DNA from: Antedon mediterranea
Taxonomy: Eukaryota; Animalia; Echinodermata
Length of the DNA: 64,000 nucleotides
Assembly: GCF_964355755.1 (NCBI RefSeq)
Contig: NC_092674.1
Coordinates: forward strand, 26,040,001-26,104,000
Reading direction: 5' to 3'
Shown here: piece after piece, positions 61,401-64,000 of the stretch
Numbering within the stretch: the first letter of the stretch is position 1
Layout: the number at the start of each line of letters is the position of its first letter
The notes under the pieces: model-generated
The model's database searches: none
Told to the model about the DNA's origin: nothing
The model's input: the letters and a program-made list of their open reading frames with translations, nothing else
Translations under genes and position numbers: made by a program

Positions 61401-63856
61401 ATTTTGTTTCTTATCATCTGTTATATATTATCTTTCTCATGATTCAATAACCCCTATCATATACCATATCATCTTCATAATTATCTTTCCAAAGGCATAA
61501 CAACAATATTCATTAAATAATCAATATTTCTTTTGTTTTTATCTTCGTTACTTTTCTTTTGATCAAAAATGTGATGTGCTCATATATGGACACGATGACG
61601 TCATATCATATTTGGGCACATCACAATTTTTTGTCAAATTAGTTTGTTAGAGAGAGACAGAGCTACACTACAAATGACGTCATCAAATAATTTTAATAAC
61701 AATCATCAACAACATCATAAATTTAGCATTATCATTATCAGAATCACTAATCAATATCATCTTAACGTAACGTATGTCAAATTGATAATTATTGACCGAG
61801 TATTGTGTTTGGATTTTTGAGCGAAATTAATCCATGTGCGAAGTGAGAGGAATAATAATACTAATAAAAGGTCAACAACTAATCAGCCTCGTTTAATGTT
61901 GAATAGTAACATATCAATTTAGGGCCGATCTACTTGGTATAATGCGATACTTATAACGGGTTATGAATTGAATAAATATTAAATAAACTCAACTTACCCA
62001 AGCTAAGCAGGCCTAGTTGGAATCTCTTCCGGTTGTGTTACGTTGAACAGGCCGACGTAACGTCATTTATTCCCTGTATGCTTCGTTTCGTTCTACACAA
62101 TCTTGCTGCTATCCACCAAGCGTATTCCCGTAACATTGCAATACTTAAATTTGTCTCAGCTAAAAACATTATTTTAAACATAGCACTTGTTTTCCATATT
62201 CGTAAACGAACCCTAGCAGTATTAATTGTTAGCAATTAGCAGTAGGCCTATAAACAAATTTTCTCTGTAATTTCCACATTTCGGATGAAGCAACAATTAA
62301 AATATTCAAAAAACTGGTCATTGGGACTGGCCGAAAATCACGCATGCGCAATCAACAACACGTGATGGTTTAAGCTATGTCTACTTGCTTGACGAAAAAT
62401 GTGTGATGCGCCCAAATATAGTGGTAATATACCCAAATATGGTAGTGACATCATCATATTCATATATGGGCACGTCACATACAATGTGATAGTAGACGGA
62501 GCTTTAGACTAAGAAGCTTTACTCAACGCAAATATTTATTTAATTCTATTTACTAGAGGGTGAGGCTCGCTTCGCTCGCTCCCACCCCCACCCCCCCCCC
62601 CCCTCTCTTCTAGGAAGTGTAGACGATGGTTCTCGGAATGACAATGACTCGGGACGTAAACAGTTTTAGATGGACATTCTGGCCTGGACAATTTCGGTCG
62701 GTTACCATTATTTAAATGCTTTTGATATTCGTAAAACTAAACGTACTCACTAACCAAAGTGTCTTAGATGATTAATAGCGTTTTAGGCGTAGGCCTATAG
62801 TGTTTATTGTAGATATGAAAAGTCACGGTGGTAAAAAAGAATAACAAATGCTTGGTAAATTGTAGATAACAGTCCGAAGAAATCTACTAAAAATAGTATA
62901 ATTGTGTTATAAATATAATACAATATTGTGTGTATAAATGTGGATGGGCGTTTATTAGATGCATTTGGGGTTGGGGGTGGAGGGGGTGGGGTGGGTTGAG
63001 TAGCGAGATAATTATTTAAATTGATGTTCCGGGCATTTATTCAAATAAATACCATCCTAATTGGTATAATTAATACATTATTCCGCGACACAGTGGCCTA
63101 AGAAGGAAGACGTTTTTGACGGCTTGCAACATGCGCAGAAGTATCCCAGGGACGGGACACAGTAAGCGCACAGTATACATAAAGTCCTGGCAGCTTACTC
63201 AACAACTCGGCTATCGAGGTTTCATGGGGGTTTCATTCGATTTCAAAACAAAAACTCTTATCATCAATTCTCTCGATGTAATTTAATTTTATATAATTAT
63301 TTCCCACAATTTAATTCTATAGTTTTATAGCTTATAGTTGAAACAGGTAGTTGTTTTACAACTCCCTGGTTGAAACCAAACCTTACCGTGAACCCGGAAA
63401 TTACTTCTACCGCGCGTAGAGTTAAAATTTACCGATTGAAATCAGAAAATTTCTTATAAAACCCTTTATACTATCTTCCTAAGATAGAAATATGGAACAA
63501 AAGCGGCGATGTGAAAACTAATGTTATCAAATCTACGTTTCGCGGTACATCTGAGATAGATAAGGTAGGTATCCAAGGCGGAGATTTGTACCGAAGTTTT
63601 TGCATTGTGCTCCTATGTCAGAATTAACCATAATTTATATATAGATTTGACATGTTCTTATACAGTAAGTAGGAACATTCATGTGCTTTATGGAATCACT
63701 ATATATATGAAGCTGCATAGTGATATTTATAGATCTTAACGCTATTACGATATTATTTTACCAGAAAAAATTTACTTGACGTAAAAATATATTTTGAAGA
63801 GTTGAGTTTTGAGAAGGTAGAGCAGATACCCGCCTATGACCTGCTAAGTTTATTAG
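55414..63856 (+). CDS. DEG/ENaC channel H (divergent paralog), 3'-partial; exons 55414-55658, 56029-56575, 58826-58924, 59626-59770, 60407-60463, 61154-61304, 63765-63856; TM2 exon beyond window
   Basis: FSQNTTLHGLNY, RRLAW-TM1, FPAVTICNYN, WGVCYTFN, GFSVSPG, CGC, CSCPTAC, KNLLDVKIYFEELSFEKVEQIPAY; intron positions and phases equivalent to the minus-strand genes. Confidence 0.92.
57630..57830. repeat. CpG-rich tandem repeat, ~73-bp unit, ~2.7 copies
   Basis: ACAAAGATGGC(G/A)CG.CAGCGACAACGCGA.ACAACGAAAC recurs near 57642, 57715 and 57788. Confidence 0.85.
58112..58705 (-). mobile_element. tRNA-derived SINE (Nin/Deu-core-like), interrupted
   Basis: Minus-strand head with A-box-like TGGTCGAGTGA and B box GGTTCGAGGCC (~58600-58705); core-like CCCTACTTTTC...GTTCTTTAA...GGACCTACGATTTATAGTCATTATCCAAAAAGACT at ~58205-58308. 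Family match is from memory. Confidence 0.6.
60574..60994. mobile_element. Cluster of nested and adjacent family-2-related MITEs in gene H intron 5
   Basis: AGCGTGGTTCCCACTAG at ~60574 and ~60631; right ends at ~60837 and ~60993; inner copy is antiparallel to its host. Confidence 0.8.
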
Positions 63857-64000
63857 GTAAAGTAATTTTGTTTTTCTTTAAATTTAATTTTTTTTTAAAG
63901 TTATTTTAGGACAAGAGTTATTCCTTACCGTACAGGGATTTTGGCTGAGAAGAAATGAATGGGCAAACTGACCAAATACATAACTATAAACTTTTAAAAC

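Noticed and set aside
7582-63856. Assigning ASIC1, ASIC2 or ASIC5 gene symbols
   Set aside because: Family membership is clear but orthology needs a phylogeny; the ASIC proton-sensing His is absent.

Overview
AT-rich (roughly 30-35% GC) eukaryotic, intron-containing invertebrate DNA; echinoderm-like by repeat and motif content (inference, not proven). No prokaryotic features or CRISPR. Bases 1-6608 hold the first three coding exons of a SLAIN-motif gene (minus strand). Its 5.7-kb first intron contains an unexplained ~140-codon coiled-coil ORF that could be an alternative first exon. The rest is a tandem cluster of DEG/ENaC (ASIC5/BASIC-like) channel genes that I reconstructed exon by exon. 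Six minus-strand genes are intact with 8 exons each (A 7582-12731, B 13576-18341, C 19859-25407, E 29832-36176, F 38589-43061, G 44497-49391). D (~25856-27227) is a deleted, frameshifted pseudogene. H (55414 to beyond 63856) is a more divergent plus-strand gene whose last exon lies outside the window. The six genes with a visible TM2 have the pore S-E-[IL]-GGNMGL[LI]CGMS. All seven coding genes lack the ASIC proton-sensing His after TM1 and have a short finger domain, which is the most variable segment among C, E, F and G. The cluster shows cassette duplication and chimerism, and four members share an upstream block with Pax6-type paired-domain sites. Introns are full of MITEs, HINE/Helentron-like elements, LINE/SINE remnants and minisatellites. 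TAGGCCTA and TAC[AT]GTA words are strongly over-represented and look like transposon excision footprints.
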